DNA of 64,000 nucleotides from an uncultured Armatimonadetes bacterium (GCA_963716175.1 OY970296.1:1120001-1184000); one strand, 5' to 3'. Shown: positions 1 through 9,867, numbered from the stretch's first letter. A program made the numbers and translations. Notes: generated from the letters alone by a model not told the origin.

Positions 1-75
1 GTCATCTCGTCCCGGCCGGCAGGAAGCCGGCTTCCTCCGTGCGAACAGAAGGGCGTGTGGAGGCAGCAAGGCACT

Positions 76-624
76 ATGGAACTGAGCGGCAAGCGCATCG
101 CCATTCTCATCGCCACCGGCTATCACGAGCACGAGCTGCTCTTCCCTTACTACCGGCTGAAGGAGGCGGGCGCGGAGGTGATCGTGGCCGGGCCCGAGGC
201 CGGGGCGACGGTGTGGGGCGAGGGCCGGCACGGCATGGATGGCCTGCCATTCGTCACCGACATCGCGCTGCATCAGCTCCGCGCCTCCGAGCTTGACGCC
301 CTACACCTGCCCGGTGGCATCTACGGCCCGCTCGAGCTGCGCGATCGCGAGGATGTCCGGCAGCTCGTCCGCGCCATGGTGGATCAGCACAAGATCGTCG
401 GCGCGATCTGCCACGGGCCCTGGGTGCTGATCTCGGCCGGTGTGGTTGCGGGGCGCCAGATCGCCTGCCCCAGGGACATAGCGGTTGACGCCGAGAACGC
501 CGGCGCCTGCTACGTCGCCACCGGCGCGGTGCGAGACGGTCCCCTCGTCACCGGGGTCTACTTCGGCAATCTGCCCGAGTACATCCGACTCTTCATCTCT
601 GCTGTTGCCGAATCGCACCCATAG
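76..624 (+). CDS. DJ-1/PfpI family (type 1 glutamine amidotransferase-like) protein
   Basis: GKRIAILIATGYHEHE N-terminus, LPGG and AICHGPW nucleophile-elbow motif; ATG at 76. Confidence 0.9.
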   Translation: MELSGKRIAILIATGYHEHELLFPYYRLKEAGAEVIVAGPEAGATVWGEGRHGMDGLPFVTDIALHQLRASELDALHLPGGIYGPLELRDREDVRQLVRAMVDQHKIVGAICHGPWVLISAGVVAGRQIACPRDIAVDAENAGACYVATGAVRDGPLVTGVYFGNLPEYIRLFISAVAESHP

Positions 625-672
625 GGTAGCCACATCCTTTCCCGCGCAGGGAAGCCAGAGAGGAGCCCAGCC

Positions 673-2640
673 ATGCCCCATCCCCTCCGACCCGAAGACT
701 GCTACCGCCTGCGATCCGTGTCCGACCCCCAACTTTCTCCCGATGGCGCCTGGGTGGCCTGCGTCATCTCTCAGCCCGACCGGCAGAAGGATCGCGGTCT
801 TTCCGACATCTGGCTGATCTCGACACGCGGGCGCAAGCGCCTCCAGCTCACCAACCGCTACCACCGCGATCACTCCCCGCGCTGGTCGCCGGATGGCGCT
901 CGCATCGCCTTCGTCGCGCCGGAGTCAGATGATGACAAGTCCAAGCCCCAGATCTGGCTGATCCCGGCCGGCGGCGGAGAGGCGAAGCAGATCACCCACC
1001 TCAAGCAGGGCGCCTCCGCGCCCGCTTGGTCGCCAGACGGGCGACGAATCGCCTTCCTCGCCCGCGATCCCAAGCCGGAGGATGAAGAGCAAGATCCGAA
1101 GAGGCCGAAGATCGAGGTCAAAGCCGGCCGCGTCTATGCCACCGACGCCAGGGCGGTTGACCGCATGCGCTATCGCTCCACCGATTGGCTCCCAAAGGAG
1201 GAGCGCCGGCGCATCTACGTGGTCCCGGCGGCCGGCGGCAAGCCGAAGCAGATCACGGACGGCGACGGCGACGACTCCGCCCCGGTCTGGTCGCCCGATG
1301 GCCGGCGCATCGCCTTCGTCTCCAACCGCGGCCGCGACCCGGACTGGGATCTGGCTTTCGATATCTGGGTGGTCGCGGCCTCGGGAGGCACACCGCGGCG
1401 CCTGACCGCGCTGGAGGGAGGCGCTTGCTCTCCCTGGTCGCCGCCGAGCTGGTCGCCCGATGGCAGGTGGATCGCCTTCGTGGGCTCTCCCACCCCTGAG
1501 ATCTTCAGGATGGACGAGTGCGTCTACGTCGTGCCGGCGCGCGGCGGACAGCCCACCAGCCTGACGGAAGGACTGGACCGCCCTCCTCACTCTCCCCGCT
1601 GGGCGCCGGATGGCTCTGGCATCTACTTCATCTGCTACGACCAGGGCTTCAGCTCCCTCTGGCGCACCGGCCTCGACCGCAGGTTCGAGCGCGTCCTGCC
1701 ACAGGACCGCTGCCTCGAGGGCTATGATGTCGCCAGGCGAGGTGATGCCGTTGCCTATCTGCGCAGCGATCCCGATCATCCCGCCGAGCTGTTCGCCTGC
1801 CGCCTCGACGGCCGGGGGGAGCGGCAGCTCACCCGTGAGAATGGCCCGGCCCTCCGCCGCCTGCGTCTGGGCAGGACCGAACCCTTCTGGTGCCGCTCCT
1901 TCGATGGCACGCGCATCCACGCCTGGGTGGTGAAGCCTCCGGCATTCCGCGCCGGCCGCAAGTACCCCCTGGTGCTGATGGCGCATGGCGGCCCCTATTG
2001 GGCCTACTTCCACTCCTGGGAATTCGAGGCCCAGGTGCTGGCGGGCCGGGGCTATGTGGTGGTCTACTCCAACCCGCGAGGCTCGACCGGATATGGAAAA
2101 GCGTTCCAGACCGCGGCCGTGGGCAAGTGGGGTCAGGAGGATTCCCGCGACGTGCTCGCGGCCATGGACCACGTCATTCGCCAGGGATATGTGGACCGCA
2201 AGCGGCTGGGAGTGATGGGCGGCTCGTACGGCGGGTTCATGACCACCTGGCTGCTGGGCACCACCGACCGCTTCGCCGCCGGTGTCGCCAGTTGCGCCGC
2301 CACCGATGAGCCCATGTTCTACTACAGCGCGGACATGCCGCTCTGGTCAGAGCAGGAGCTGGGCGGCCCGCCCTGGGAGAAGCTGGCGAACTATCGCCGC
2401 GTCTCGCCCACCACCCATGCCCACAAGATTCGCGCCCCTCTGCTCTTGCTACACGCGGAGAACGACTGGCGCGTCCCCATCTCCCACTCCGAGATCATCT
2501 ACGCCACGCTCAAGCGCATCGGGGTCGAGTCCGTCTTCGTGCGCTACCCCACCGGCGGCCACGGCTTCGGCGGCTCCTCCCCGCGCTACACCTGCGACAC
2601 CCTCAACCGGACCATAGACTGGTTCGACGAGCACCTGTAG
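673..2640 (+). CDS. S9 family peptidase (acylaminoacyl/dipeptidyl aminopeptidase-like) with PD40 beta-propeller
   Basis: Repeated WSPDG motifs, HGGP, GGSYGG catalytic Ser, DWRV Asp, GHG His; AGGAG RBS. Confidence 0.95.
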   Translation: MPHPLRPEDCYRLRSVSDPQLSPDGAWVACVISQPDRQKDRGLSDIWLISTRGRKRLQLTNRYHRDHSPRWSPDGARIAFVAPESDDDKSKPQIWLIPAGGGEAKQITHLKQGASAPAWSPDGRRIAFLARDPKPEDEEQDPKRPKIEVKAGRVYATDARAVDRMRYRSTDWLPKEERRRIYVVPAAGGKPKQITDGDGDDSAPVWSPDGRRIAFVSNRGRDPDWDLAFDIWVVAASGGTPRRLTALEGGACSPWSPPSWSPDGRWIAFVGSPTPEIFRMDECVYVVPARGGQPTSLTEGLDRPPHSPRWAPDGSGIYFICYDQGFSSLWRTGLDRRFERVLPQDRCLEGYDVARRGDAVAYLRSDPDHPAELFACRLDGRGERQLTRENGPALRRLRLGRTEPFWCRSFDGTRIHAWVVKPPAFRAGRKYPLVLMAHGGPYWAYFHSWEFEAQVLAGRGYVVVYSNPRGSTGYGKAFQTAAVGKWGQEDSRDVLAAMDHVIRQGYVDRKRLGVMGGSYGGFMTTWLLGTTDRFAAGVASCAATDEPMFYYSADMPLWSEQELGGPPWEKLANYRRVSPTTHAHKIRAPLLLLHAENDWRVPISHSEIIYATLKRIGVESVFVRYPTGGHGFGGSSPRYTCDTLNRTIDWFDEHL

Positions 2641-2654
2641 GCCAGGCCATGTTG

Positions 2655-2694
2655 GGCAGGAGGCAGCCCCCGTGTGGCGGGGCTGCCTCCTGCC
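2655..2694. terminator. Hairpin between convergent genes, probable bidirectional terminator or REP-like palindrome
   Basis: Perfect 16-bp stem GGCAGGAGGCAGCCCC / GGGGCTGCCTCCTGCC with 8-nt loop; no U tract. Confidence 0.6.
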
Positions 2695-2720
2695 GCATCT
2701 GTGTAATCTGCGGATGGCCG

Positions 2721-3194
2721 TTACCCGCGTCCCCCCACCACCTCCGGCCCCACCAACCACACCAGCACCCCGGCCCGCGGCTCCACCCGTTCGCAGTCCA
2801 CCCGCGCCACGCCGCTCTTCGCCATCGTCACTTGCCCGCCGCCGATGAGCTGGCTCACGATATGGCCGAAGTCCGGCTCGTGCCCGACCAGCATCATCCG
2901 CCCGCGGCTGTGGTGTGACAGCAGGAGCTGGACATCGCCCAGCGAGCAGCCCGGCGCTAGCCGCGGCTCCACCTGTGCGGGGATGACGAACGCCTCCTGC
3001 AGGATCTCCGCGGTCTGCCGCGCCCGCCTCAGCGGGCTGGTCAGGATCGCCTCCGGTTGCAGGCCGGCCTGGCGCAGCGCCAGGCCCACGGCCAGCGTCT
3101 CCTGCCGGCCCCGCTCCGTAAGCTGCCGCTCCTCGTCCCTCACCGTGGCGCTGGCCGGCTCGGCATCCCCGTGCCGGAAGAAGTAGAGTTCCAT
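2721..3194 (-). CDS. sixA: Phosphohistidine phosphatase SixA
   Basis: LYFFRHGDA, LTERG, TSPLRRARQTA and VGHEP motifs. Confidence 0.9.
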   Translation of the reverse strand: MELYFFRHGDAEPASATVRDEERQLTERGRQETLAVGLALRQAGLQPEAILTSPLRRARQTAEILQEAFVIPAQVEPRLAPGCSLGDVQLLLSHHSRGRMMLVGHEPDFGHIVSQLIGGGQVTMAKSGVARVDCERVEPRAGVLVWLVGPEVVGGRG

Positions 3195-3206
3195 GGCGTT
3201 CCCCCT

Positions 3207-3548
3207 CTACTCGGGCAGCGGGATCATGCACAGGAAGCGAGCGGTGTTCTCCCCCCGGTTGCGGAACTGGTGTGGCTCACTCGGCAGCACCAGCACCGCG
3301 TCTCCTGGGGTCAGCTCGGCCGCCGCCTCGTTCCCTATCACCTCCACCCGGCCCTCCAGCACGAATACCTCGTGCTCCCAGCTATGCTCGTGCTGCGGCG
3401 TTTGCCCCCCTGGGGCCATCTCGAACAGGCGCATGGCGAAGCTCGGCGCCCCCTCCGGCCGCGACAGCAGCCACCGCACCGTCACCTTCGCGGCCCCCTC
3501 CTCCATCACCTCCTGCGGCTCGACCTCCGGCGCGTGCACCAGTCGCAT
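3207..3548 (-). CDS. Cupin domain protein
   Basis: HEHSWEHEVFVLEG and PHQFRN cupin metal motifs. Confidence 0.9.
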   Translation of the reverse strand: MRLVHAPEVEPQEVMEEGAAKVTVRWLLSRPEGAPSFAMRLFEMAPGGQTPQHEHSWEHEVFVLEGRVEVIGNEAAAELTPGDAVLVLPSEPHQFRNRGENTARFLCMIPLPE

Positions 3549-3575
3549 CCTCCCCTCCTCTTCCTCGGTCCGACC

Positions 3576-4340
3576 TTAGCCAGCCTCCAGCCCCAACCAC
3601 TGCATGGCATTGCCGTAGTACACCTTCTCTTGCACCTCCGGCGGAACCTCCAGCGCGGCCATGAAGTTGCGGTAGAACTCTATGGTATCATCCGGGTTAT
3701 CGGAGCCGAACACCAGCTTGCCAATCAGGTTGAGGCCAATCTTCGGCGGCCCGCCGGTCTGGTTCCGCTCCACCCGCTCGAACAGCCAGCGGAACCAGGA
3801 GGTCGGGTAATGGCGGATGGTGCCGCCGCTCATGTCATACCAGAGGTGCCGGCACGTGGCCATTGCGATCACTGCCTCCATCGGCCACTGATTGCCCAGA
3901 TGCGCGCCCACCATCCGGAACTCGGGGAAGTGGCTGGCGATGGTGATCAGGTGGATGGGGTGCAGATTCTCCTGGCGAATCCCCCGCTTGAGCTCCAGGC
4001 TCAGGAATCCGGTGTGGAAGAGTGCGGGCAGGCCCAACTCCTGGGCCCGCTGATACACCGGAAGGTAAGAGTCATGCGAATAGGGCAAATCCGGCCCGAT
4101 GAACTTCAGGCCGCGGAAGCCCTGCTCCCGCGCCCGTGCTACCGCCTCCGCTCCCTCCCGGTCCAGATCGAGATAGTAGAAGGGAACAACGTAGTCGGGG
4201 TAGCGCTTAGCAAGGGCGAGCACCTCCTGATTGGGCATGCTCATGCAGATCTTGACATAGCCCAGCGAATCCCACAGCACGCGCTTCTCCTCGACCTCAT
4301 CAGGTCCGTGGAAATGCGCGTGGCAGTTGATCACCTGCAT
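3576..4340 (-). CDS. Amidohydrolase family protein (Amidohydro_2-like)
   Basis: INCHAH, GFRGLK, FHTG, AHLG, YDMS and FGSD motifs; ATG at 4340. Confidence 0.85.
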   Translation of the reverse strand: MQVINCHAHFHGPDEVEEKRVLWDSLGYVKICMSMPNQEVLALAKRYPDYVVPFYYLDLDREGAEAVARAREQGFRGLKFIGPDLPYSHDSYLPVYQRAQELGLPALFHTGFLSLELKRGIRQENLHPIHLITIASHFPEFRMVGAHLGNQWPMEAVIAMATCRHLWYDMSGGTIRHYPTSWFRWLFERVERNQTGGPPKIGLNLIGKLVFGSDNPDDTIEFYRNFMAALEVPPEVQEKVYYGNAMQWLGLEAG

Positions 4341-4453
4341 GATCGCTCTTGAGACAGCCAGATTGGAATGGCCCTTTCGTGGGGAAGTCCGCAGCAACCT
4401 GCCGCGCTAGGGAGGAGCGAGAAGGTCCGAGCGACTCAAGCCACCCGGCGTTG

Positions 4454-5050
4454 TCACTGCAGCGCGAAGTCAAAGGCGATTCTTTGACCCACGCCAGGGA
4501 TGAAGTCGAAATCTCGGTCGTTCGAGACGATGCCCGTGGCGTCTTGGCGAGCCATTACCGAGCAATGGAAAGCGTCATGTGGCATTAGCTGATGGTCGTC
4601 AATCCTGGCGAGACTGTGGCGTATCTCCTCGCTACCCAGTCCGGCCATATCAAACCTGTCTTTGGATAGGATGAAGTTCGTGAACCTCTTGAGCTCGCCA
4701 ACATGCCTCCTAACAGCTTCGGCCCTCTTGCCCTTGGCTTGCTCGCGCTCGCTCTTCTCTCTCGATGCTGCCCGCTTGCAGAGGTCGGCCCACGCTCCTT
4801 TTCCGTTCTCACTGTCGTACAGCATACGCAATAGGTTCCACCAGACCTCGTCCACCACAAGCGGCGAGAGCCAGATGCCGAGTCTGTTCCTCTCCCTGTA
4901 CACCAGCAGTTGGCTTAGTAGCAGGCTTGCGGCCTTATGGTGCGGGTGGCTGGACACATGTGCGGCGAGCAGCAGGTTCGCATCCAGAAAGTAGGCCGCG
5001 CACTTGAGTAGAATAGTCAGACGGCCGAGCTTAAGGGTCGCCTTGGCCAT
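4454..5050 (-). CDS. PIN domain (VapC-like) ribonuclease toxin
   Basis: Acidic PIN motifs FLDANLL, VVDEV, HDAFH and SNDRDF; overlaps stop of upstream ORF. Confidence 0.85.
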   Translation of the reverse strand: MAKATLKLGRLTILLKCAAYFLDANLLLAAHVSSHPHHKAASLLLSQLLVYRERNRLGIWLSPLVVDEVWWNLLRMLYDSENGKGAWADLCKRAASREKSEREQAKGKRAEAVRRHVGELKRFTNFILSKDRFDMAGLGSEEIRHSLARIDDHQLMPHDAFHCSVMARQDATGIVSNDRDFDFIPGVGQRIAFDFALQ

Positions 5051-5591
5051 ACTCGGTACCGGAGAGCAAGTAGTCGTCGTCAAGGAGAAACGGAGTCCCT
5101 ACTGCTCCCGCAAAGTCCTCGAACTGCTGCCTCATGTCCGGGCTCATCTGCCCCAGCACGAAATCGAACTGGTCACGGGCCTCGTCTGTAACGCCGTGAG
5201 CAGCCATCTCTGCCGCTAGGTCGGATCCGTCGGCTACGGCAGCATCCGGCTCCGCAAGCGAGTCAACTAGCTCCACGCCCGCGTCCCACTCGACCGCGTA
5301 GGCAGACGCAAGCCAGGTCTGTAGCTCGGACAGGACCGGGCTGGCGTTAAGCGCGAGCACGTAGTAGGACAGGTACTGCCCCGGATCGTTGCTAAAGCCG
5401 TAGGTCTCTAGCTGCAGGGCTTCGCGAATGGTTCGCCCTGGGTGTCGTAAGCCGGTGAACAGTCTCTCGACTGGCCTGGGGTCGGAAGTCCATATGCCGT
5501 GCGATCGCTCCTCCTCAGACTCAATCTGTCTGAGAAGCCTGAGCACCTCGGCCCAGGTCTGAGTGCTGGTCTCCCCTGCTATCGCGTGCAC
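5031..5591 (-). CDS. Hypothetical acidic protein, putative antitoxin
   Basis: 186-aa ORF overlapping both neighbours, acidic C-terminus, directly upstream of PIN gene. Confidence 0.6.
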   Translation of the reverse strand: MHAIAGETSTQTWAEVLRLLRQIESEEERSHGIWTSDPRPVERLFTGLRHPGRTIREALQLETYGFSNDPGQYLSYYVLALNASPVLSELQTWLASAYAVEWDAGVELVDSLAEPDAAVADGSDLAAEMAAHGVTDEARDQFDFVLGQMSPDMRQQFEDFAGAVGTPFLLDDDYLLSGTEYGQGDP

Positions 5592-6235
5592 TCCGAAACC
5601 TCCTCAGCGGCCTGGGAACAGAGCCGAGCGACAACGGTGGCGAGATAGCCCTGCTCCTCGCCTGCTCTCCCAAGTAGGGTACCCAAACTGTCTGCCTCGT
5701 GATGAATATTCAGATGACACGATAGTTCATGCTGGGACCGGGGTGGTACCAAAGTCTCAAGTCTGATGTCATACCGCCCGTCTGGACGATTGTACACCAT
5801 CCGTACCCCGCCGGAAACTAGCTGCCCGTTCAGGACCGCGGATACTTCGCTCCCTCTGTCCTTGATCAGCGACAAGATCACCGCGAGCGCAGGCCCATTC
5901 AGCTTGAAGTGATGGTGGTAGTTGACGCCCACGCTTTGCAGCTTCGCCCCCAATATGCCGAGCAGGTGCGTCAGCACGCGCTCCATGAGTTCCGGAGCGG
6001 CCTCGCTGGGGTCGTCAGCGCGTAGTTGGCACCTTGTTCTCTCGAACTGTACGAATTCCTTGCTTTCAGGGTCGACGAGGACCAACGTGTCCCCAATGCT
6101 CTGTATGAGCGGAAACTGCTTCGGTAGTCCTTCGCGGAGCTTCGACTCTGACACGAACAGGAAGTCAGCGGCCTGGTAAAGGGCAACCACAGAGTATCTT
6201 ACATACCGAGCTTCAACGATTTCCACGTTCACCAC
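5579..6235 (-). CDS. Hypothetical protein, resembles TIGR04255 family
   Basis: 218 aa beta-rich; SVGVNYHHHF and CHLNIHH resemble the R-x-G-x-x-Y-x-N and D-x-D segments of TIGR04255-like proteins (by eye). Confidence 0.55.
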   Translation of the reverse strand: MVNVEIVEARYVRYSVVALYQAADFLFVSESKLREGLPKQFPLIQSIGDTLVLVDPESKEFVQFERTRCQLRADDPSEAAPELMERVLTHLLGILGAKLQSVGVNYHHHFKLNGPALAVILSLIKDRGSEVSAVLNGQLVSGGVRMVYNRPDGRYDIRLETLVPPRSQHELSCHLNIHHEADSLGTLLGRAGEEQGYLATVVARLCSQAAEEVSECTR

Positions 6236-6466
6236 CGGAGCGTAGCGCTAGAACCTAGTTGGCTGCCAGGTCCGCGGCGTGACGGCTTCAGACATCACCT
6301 GGCCTTTTCCGCGGAAATCCACCTTCTTCCTTCCACCAACCGCAAGCGGATTCCAACAAACGCGCGTTCCGGGGTCGGGACCAGCAGCCGCCCCTGCCGC
6401 TCCTGTGCCATGCCGGACCCACCGCGCATCGACCGGAAACCCGGCGCGCCATCTCCAGGGGACTTG

Positions 6467-7240
6467 CTACTCTGCCAACCGCCGCAGCAGCGGCCTCACC
6501 TGCAGCCGCGCTTTTTCCAGGTTCTGCTCCCAGCGGGGCGCGTCGCCGGCCGTCCACCCCTCGCAGGCATAGGCAACGCAGAGCAGTGCGTCCTGAAACA
6601 GATCGTGCGGCTGCGCCCACTCGCTCGGAGGCACGATCTCGTCGAATTTCACGAACAGGTTCCGCGCCCGCTTCGCCAGCAGCTCCACCCGCGCCCGCTC
6701 CGCTGGCGGCGCCGCGCCATTGGGCGAGGGCAGGATCTCCACCTTGCTCCAGATGCCGCGGAAGCGCTCCAGCACCGGCCCCATCTCCCCCTGGTACTGG
6801 CGCCGCTCCCGCTCCCTGCTGAGCACCTCTTCCACCGAGCCTCGAATCGCTACGGCCAGCGCCTGGGCCAGCTCTTCTTTCCTCGCGCGCAAGTCCACCC
6901 CTGGCTTCACCAGCCCGGCCCGCGCCAGCACCTCCGGGGCCGAAACCACCGCCCCTGGCCGCACCCCCAATTGCCGCAGCAGGCGGCAGGCCTGGCATGA
7001 GCTGGACCCATCCACCGCCACCACGAAGCTCCTGCTCCCGCGAGGGCACGCTTCCGCGGCGCGGATCGCCACCTCCGACGCGCCCTCGACCACCATCTCC
7101 ACCGCCCGGCGCACGATCCCGCAGCCCGCGCGGCCTGAGTCCGCGCATGGCACCAGGATCACCGCAGGTGCTGTCGCTTGCTCGTCCGAAGCCATCACCC
7201 GCCCTGTCGTTGCATCACTGATACCTTGGATCACCGACAC
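6467..7240 (-). CDS. Degenerate DGC-like domain fused to a helical C-terminal domain
   Basis: ILVPCADSGRAGC and VAVDGSSSCQAC resemble the DGC paralogs upstream; start GTG 7240 or ATG 7195. Confidence 0.6.
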   Translation of the reverse strand: MSVIQGISDATTGRVMASDEQATAPAVILVPCADSGRAGCGIVRRAVEMVVEGASEVAIRAAEACPRGSRSFVVAVDGSSSCQACRLLRQLGVRPGAVVSAPEVLARAGLVKPGVDLRARKEELAQALAVAIRGSVEEVLSRERERRQYQGEMGPVLERFRGIWSKVEILPSPNGAAPPAERARVELLAKRARNLFVKFDEIVPPSEWAQPHDLFQDALLCVAYACEGWTAGDAPRWEQNLEKARLQVRPLLRRLAE

Positions 7241-7244
7241 CGGC

Positions 7245-7925
7245 TCACCTCTTCCGCCCAATCGCGATCACGTAGTCAAGCTTTATGACATACCCAGTCT
7301 CCGCGCCGCTCGCGGTCGGGAACGAGGCCCAACCTTCCACCAGGAAGCTCTTGGTCAGCGGGCTGATGAAGCCGAGGCTCCACACCGAGTCGTGGCCGTC
7401 GTTCATCTGGATCCAGTCGCTGCGCAAGGTCAGCCGCTCGTTCACCGCGGCATCGGCTCCCAGGAACAGCGCGTGGTTGTCGGACTGGACGCTGTAGCCG
7501 AGATGTCCGTTCGCCTGCTTCCCGATAGGCACGGAGGCGACGGCGTAGGGAAAGCTGTCGCCGTGGAAGTCGCGGTTGCCCGAGACGTTCGCCACCCCCA
7601 GCGCCAGCCGCGCGCCCTTCTCCAGGGGTATCCGATATTTCGCCTGGAAGGTAGGCCCGCCTCCGGAGCCGGGGCCGGTGAGGCCGCCATCCATCCCTAC
7701 TTCCCAGTTCTGCCCCGGCCCGACCTTGAAGCCGGCGGCCCAGCTCGTCTCGCGGTCCGCACCGAAGTCGGTCCAGCTCTGCAGCACCAGGATGTCCTTG
7801 GGCACCACGTCAGCCGTCGGGATGTTGTTCAGGCCGGTGGGCGTGGCATTCGCCTGCCGGGGAGCCAGTGCAACGGCGGCTGCGAAGACGGCACCAAGCA
7901 GAACGCGGCGGGATGCTCTAAGCAC
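7245..7925 (-). CDS. Exported protein, probable outer-membrane beta-barrel
   Basis: Signal peptide ending ANA, TPTGLNNIPTADV N-terminus, alternating beta-strand pattern. Confidence 0.7.
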   Translation of the reverse strand: MLRASRRVLLGAVFAAAVALAPRQANATPTGLNNIPTADVVPKDILVLQSWTDFGADRETSWAAGFKVGPGQNWEVGMDGGLTGPGSGGGPTFQAKYRIPLEKGARLALGVANVSGNRDFHGDSFPYAVASVPIGKQANGHLGYSVQSDNHALFLGADAAVNERLTLRSDWIQMNDGHDSVWSLGFISPLTKSFLVEGWASFPTASGAETGYVIKLDYVIAIGRKR

Positions 7926-8781
7926 GGTCGAGAACCTCCTCTACGCCGACTTCCATCTCCACCCCCGGCCCGGGCAGGTAGCGGCGCACCAGAAGCTCGT
8001 AGACCCCGGCCCCGAACAGCGCCCCGATAATGGGGCTCAGGATATAGACGGTGAAGAAGCCTCCCCGCGGGCCCGGTATCGCCACCGATCCCCAGCCAAG
8101 CAGATACGAGACAAGACGTGGGCCGAAATCACGCGCCGGATTGAGGCCGGCCTGGGTAATCGGCGCCACGATGGAGATGATGATCGCCACGGTGAGGCCG
8201 ATGAACAGCGGGACCATGAAGCGCGGCTTGTCCGGATTGCGCTGCTCGGTCAGCGCGAAAACGAAACAGGCCAGGAACGCTGTGCCTATCGCCTCGCCGA
8301 ACCAGGCGGTCAGCAGCGACACCTGGCGGTAGGCCTCAGGGGTCGTGCCGATCATCGCCGGGTTGGGGAAGTATTCTCCGAAGACCATCGCCGATAATTC
8401 GCTCCCCGGCCCTCCGCGCACAAGGTGATGAGCCGCCTCGAAATGCGCGATCATGCCGTGATACAGTCCGTACAAGATCAGCGACCCGCAGAACGCGCCA
8501 GCCACCTGAGACACGACATACGGAGCGATCTTCGACTTGGGGAACCCGCGGAAGGCGGCCATGGCAATGGTAATCGCGGGATTGATGTGGGCGCCGCTCA
8601 CCGCGCCGACGGCATAGATCGCCAGCGCGATCCCCACCGCCCAGACCACCGCCACCTGCCAGAGGCCGGACTGAGCGCCGCTGAGCACAGCCGCGTTCAC
8701 CGCCCCGACCCCGAAGAACACGAGCATCAGGGTGCCCAGGAACTCGCTCAGGCACTCGCCCCAGAGAGTCGGTCGTCTCAT
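7918..8781 (-). CDS. MIP family channel (GlpF-like aquaglyceroporin)
   Basis: SGAHINPA and NPARDFGP signatures, six hydrophobic helices. Confidence 0.95.
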   Translation of the reverse strand: MRRPTLWGECLSEFLGTLMLVFFGVGAVNAAVLSGAQSGLWQVAVVWAVGIALAIYAVGAVSGAHINPAITIAMAAFRGFPKSKIAPYVVSQVAGAFCGSLILYGLYHGMIAHFEAAHHLVRGGPGSELSAMVFGEYFPNPAMIGTTPEAYRQVSLLTAWFGEAIGTAFLACFVFALTEQRNPDKPRFMVPLFIGLTVAIIISIVAPITQAGLNPARDFGPRLVSYLLGWGSVAIPGPRGGFFTVYILSPIIGALFGAGVYELLVRRYLPGPGVEMEVGVEEVLDRA

Positions 8782-8806
8782 GGCTCTCCCTCGCCCCTCT
8801 CTCCGG

Positions 8807-9202
8807 TCAGGCCGCCAGCAGCGCGTCCACCTGCTCTGCGATCCGCTGCGCTATCGCCTGCACCGCGGGATGCGCGGTGTCAATGTGGTTGTCGGGAAGT
8901 GACTCGAGGCTGATCTTCAGTTCCTTCGCCAGATCCGCGATGCGCACGGTCCGCGCCGCCTGCTTGCCCTTCTTGTCAACCAACCGCGTGGCACAGTCCA
9001 GCTCGCACGCCTCCACCGCCAGCACCGGGTACATGTTGATGAAATCCACGTCCTCCTGCACGTTGGCATTGAGCGCCGGGCCGCACCCCAGCACCGTGGT
9101 CTCGGGACGCAAGTCCTCGTGCACTACGTACAGCGCCTGCCGGCCCAGCACCGCCTCCTTGCGCAATCCCAGACACGGTTGCAGGCACACCTTATCGGCC
9201 AT
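8807..9202 (-). CDS. DGC-domain putative zinc-binding protein
   Basis: QPCLG, GC and VLAVEACELDCA Cys pattern, paralogous to 9341-9769. Confidence 0.7.
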   Translation of the reverse strand: MADKVCLQPCLGLRKEAVLGRQALYVVHEDLRPETTVLGCGPALNANVQEDVDFINMYPVLAVEACELDCATRLVDKKGKQAARTVRIADLAKELKISLESLPDNHIDTAHPAVQAIAQRIAEQVDALLAA

Positions 9203-9219
9203 CGCTCTCTCCTCGTTCT

Positions 9220-9274
9220 TGTGGGGCGGGCATGTCGGAGTTTACCCTGAGCGCAGTCGAAGGGCATGCCCGCC
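9220..9274 (+). repeat. REP-like element A (TGT[A/G]GGGCGGGCATG...CATGCCCGCC) with CCTGAGCGCAGTCGAAGG cargo
   Basis: 53/55 identical to the reverse complement of 59333-59387; partner half CCGCCCTACA at 9328-9337. Confidence 0.85.
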
Positions 9275-9340
9275 GGTCTGCTCCCAACGGCGGCGATGCT
9301 CCCTCAGGCCATGCCTCGGTCGCACATCCGCCCTACAGAA

Positions 9341-9769
9341 TCACAGCGTGCTCAGCATCTCGTCCGCAATGATGCGGTCAACCGCCTCCACCGCCTTCCC
9401 GGCCAGCGCCGCCACCAGCCTCTCCCCTTTGGCCGTCAGGCCCCGCCTCTTCTCCCCGGCCACCGGGATCTTCGCTTCCGCCGCCACGTCCGCCACATAC
9501 AGCCGCGCCGCCGGCGCCTTCCCCAGCTCATCACACATGAAGCTGGCGCAGTGCGGCCGGCACCCGTCAATCACCAGCACTGGATACTTGCTGAAAAGCG
9601 CCAGGTGCTCCGGGTCCTTCACCGCCAGCCGCCCGCTGCTCAGCAGCACCACCTGGTCCGGCCGCATCTGCTGGATGCGATAGCCAGCCAGCCTCACCAC
9701 CGTGGAGACCAGCCGCCCGATCCCGTTGCACGGCAACACTGCCACCTTGAAATCGTGCTCCTCTGCCAT
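9341..9769 (-). CDS. DGC-domain putative zinc-binding protein
   Basis: LPCNG and VLVIDGCRPHCA (DGC motif). Confidence 0.8.
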   Translation of the reverse strand: MAEEHDFKVAVLPCNGIGRLVSTVVRLAGYRIQQMRPDQVVLLSSGRLAVKDPEHLALFSKYPVLVIDGCRPHCASFMCDELGKAPAARLYVADVAAEAKIPVAGEKRRGLTAKGERLVAALAGKAVEAVDRIIADEMLSTL

Positions 9770-9867
9770 GACACCCCTTCTCCGGCCTGGCTTCCCTCAA
9801 CCGCCTTCAGCTTAGCGTGCGGCAAGACCAATTCTGAGATTGACGCATGAAATTTATGTGAATGCCC

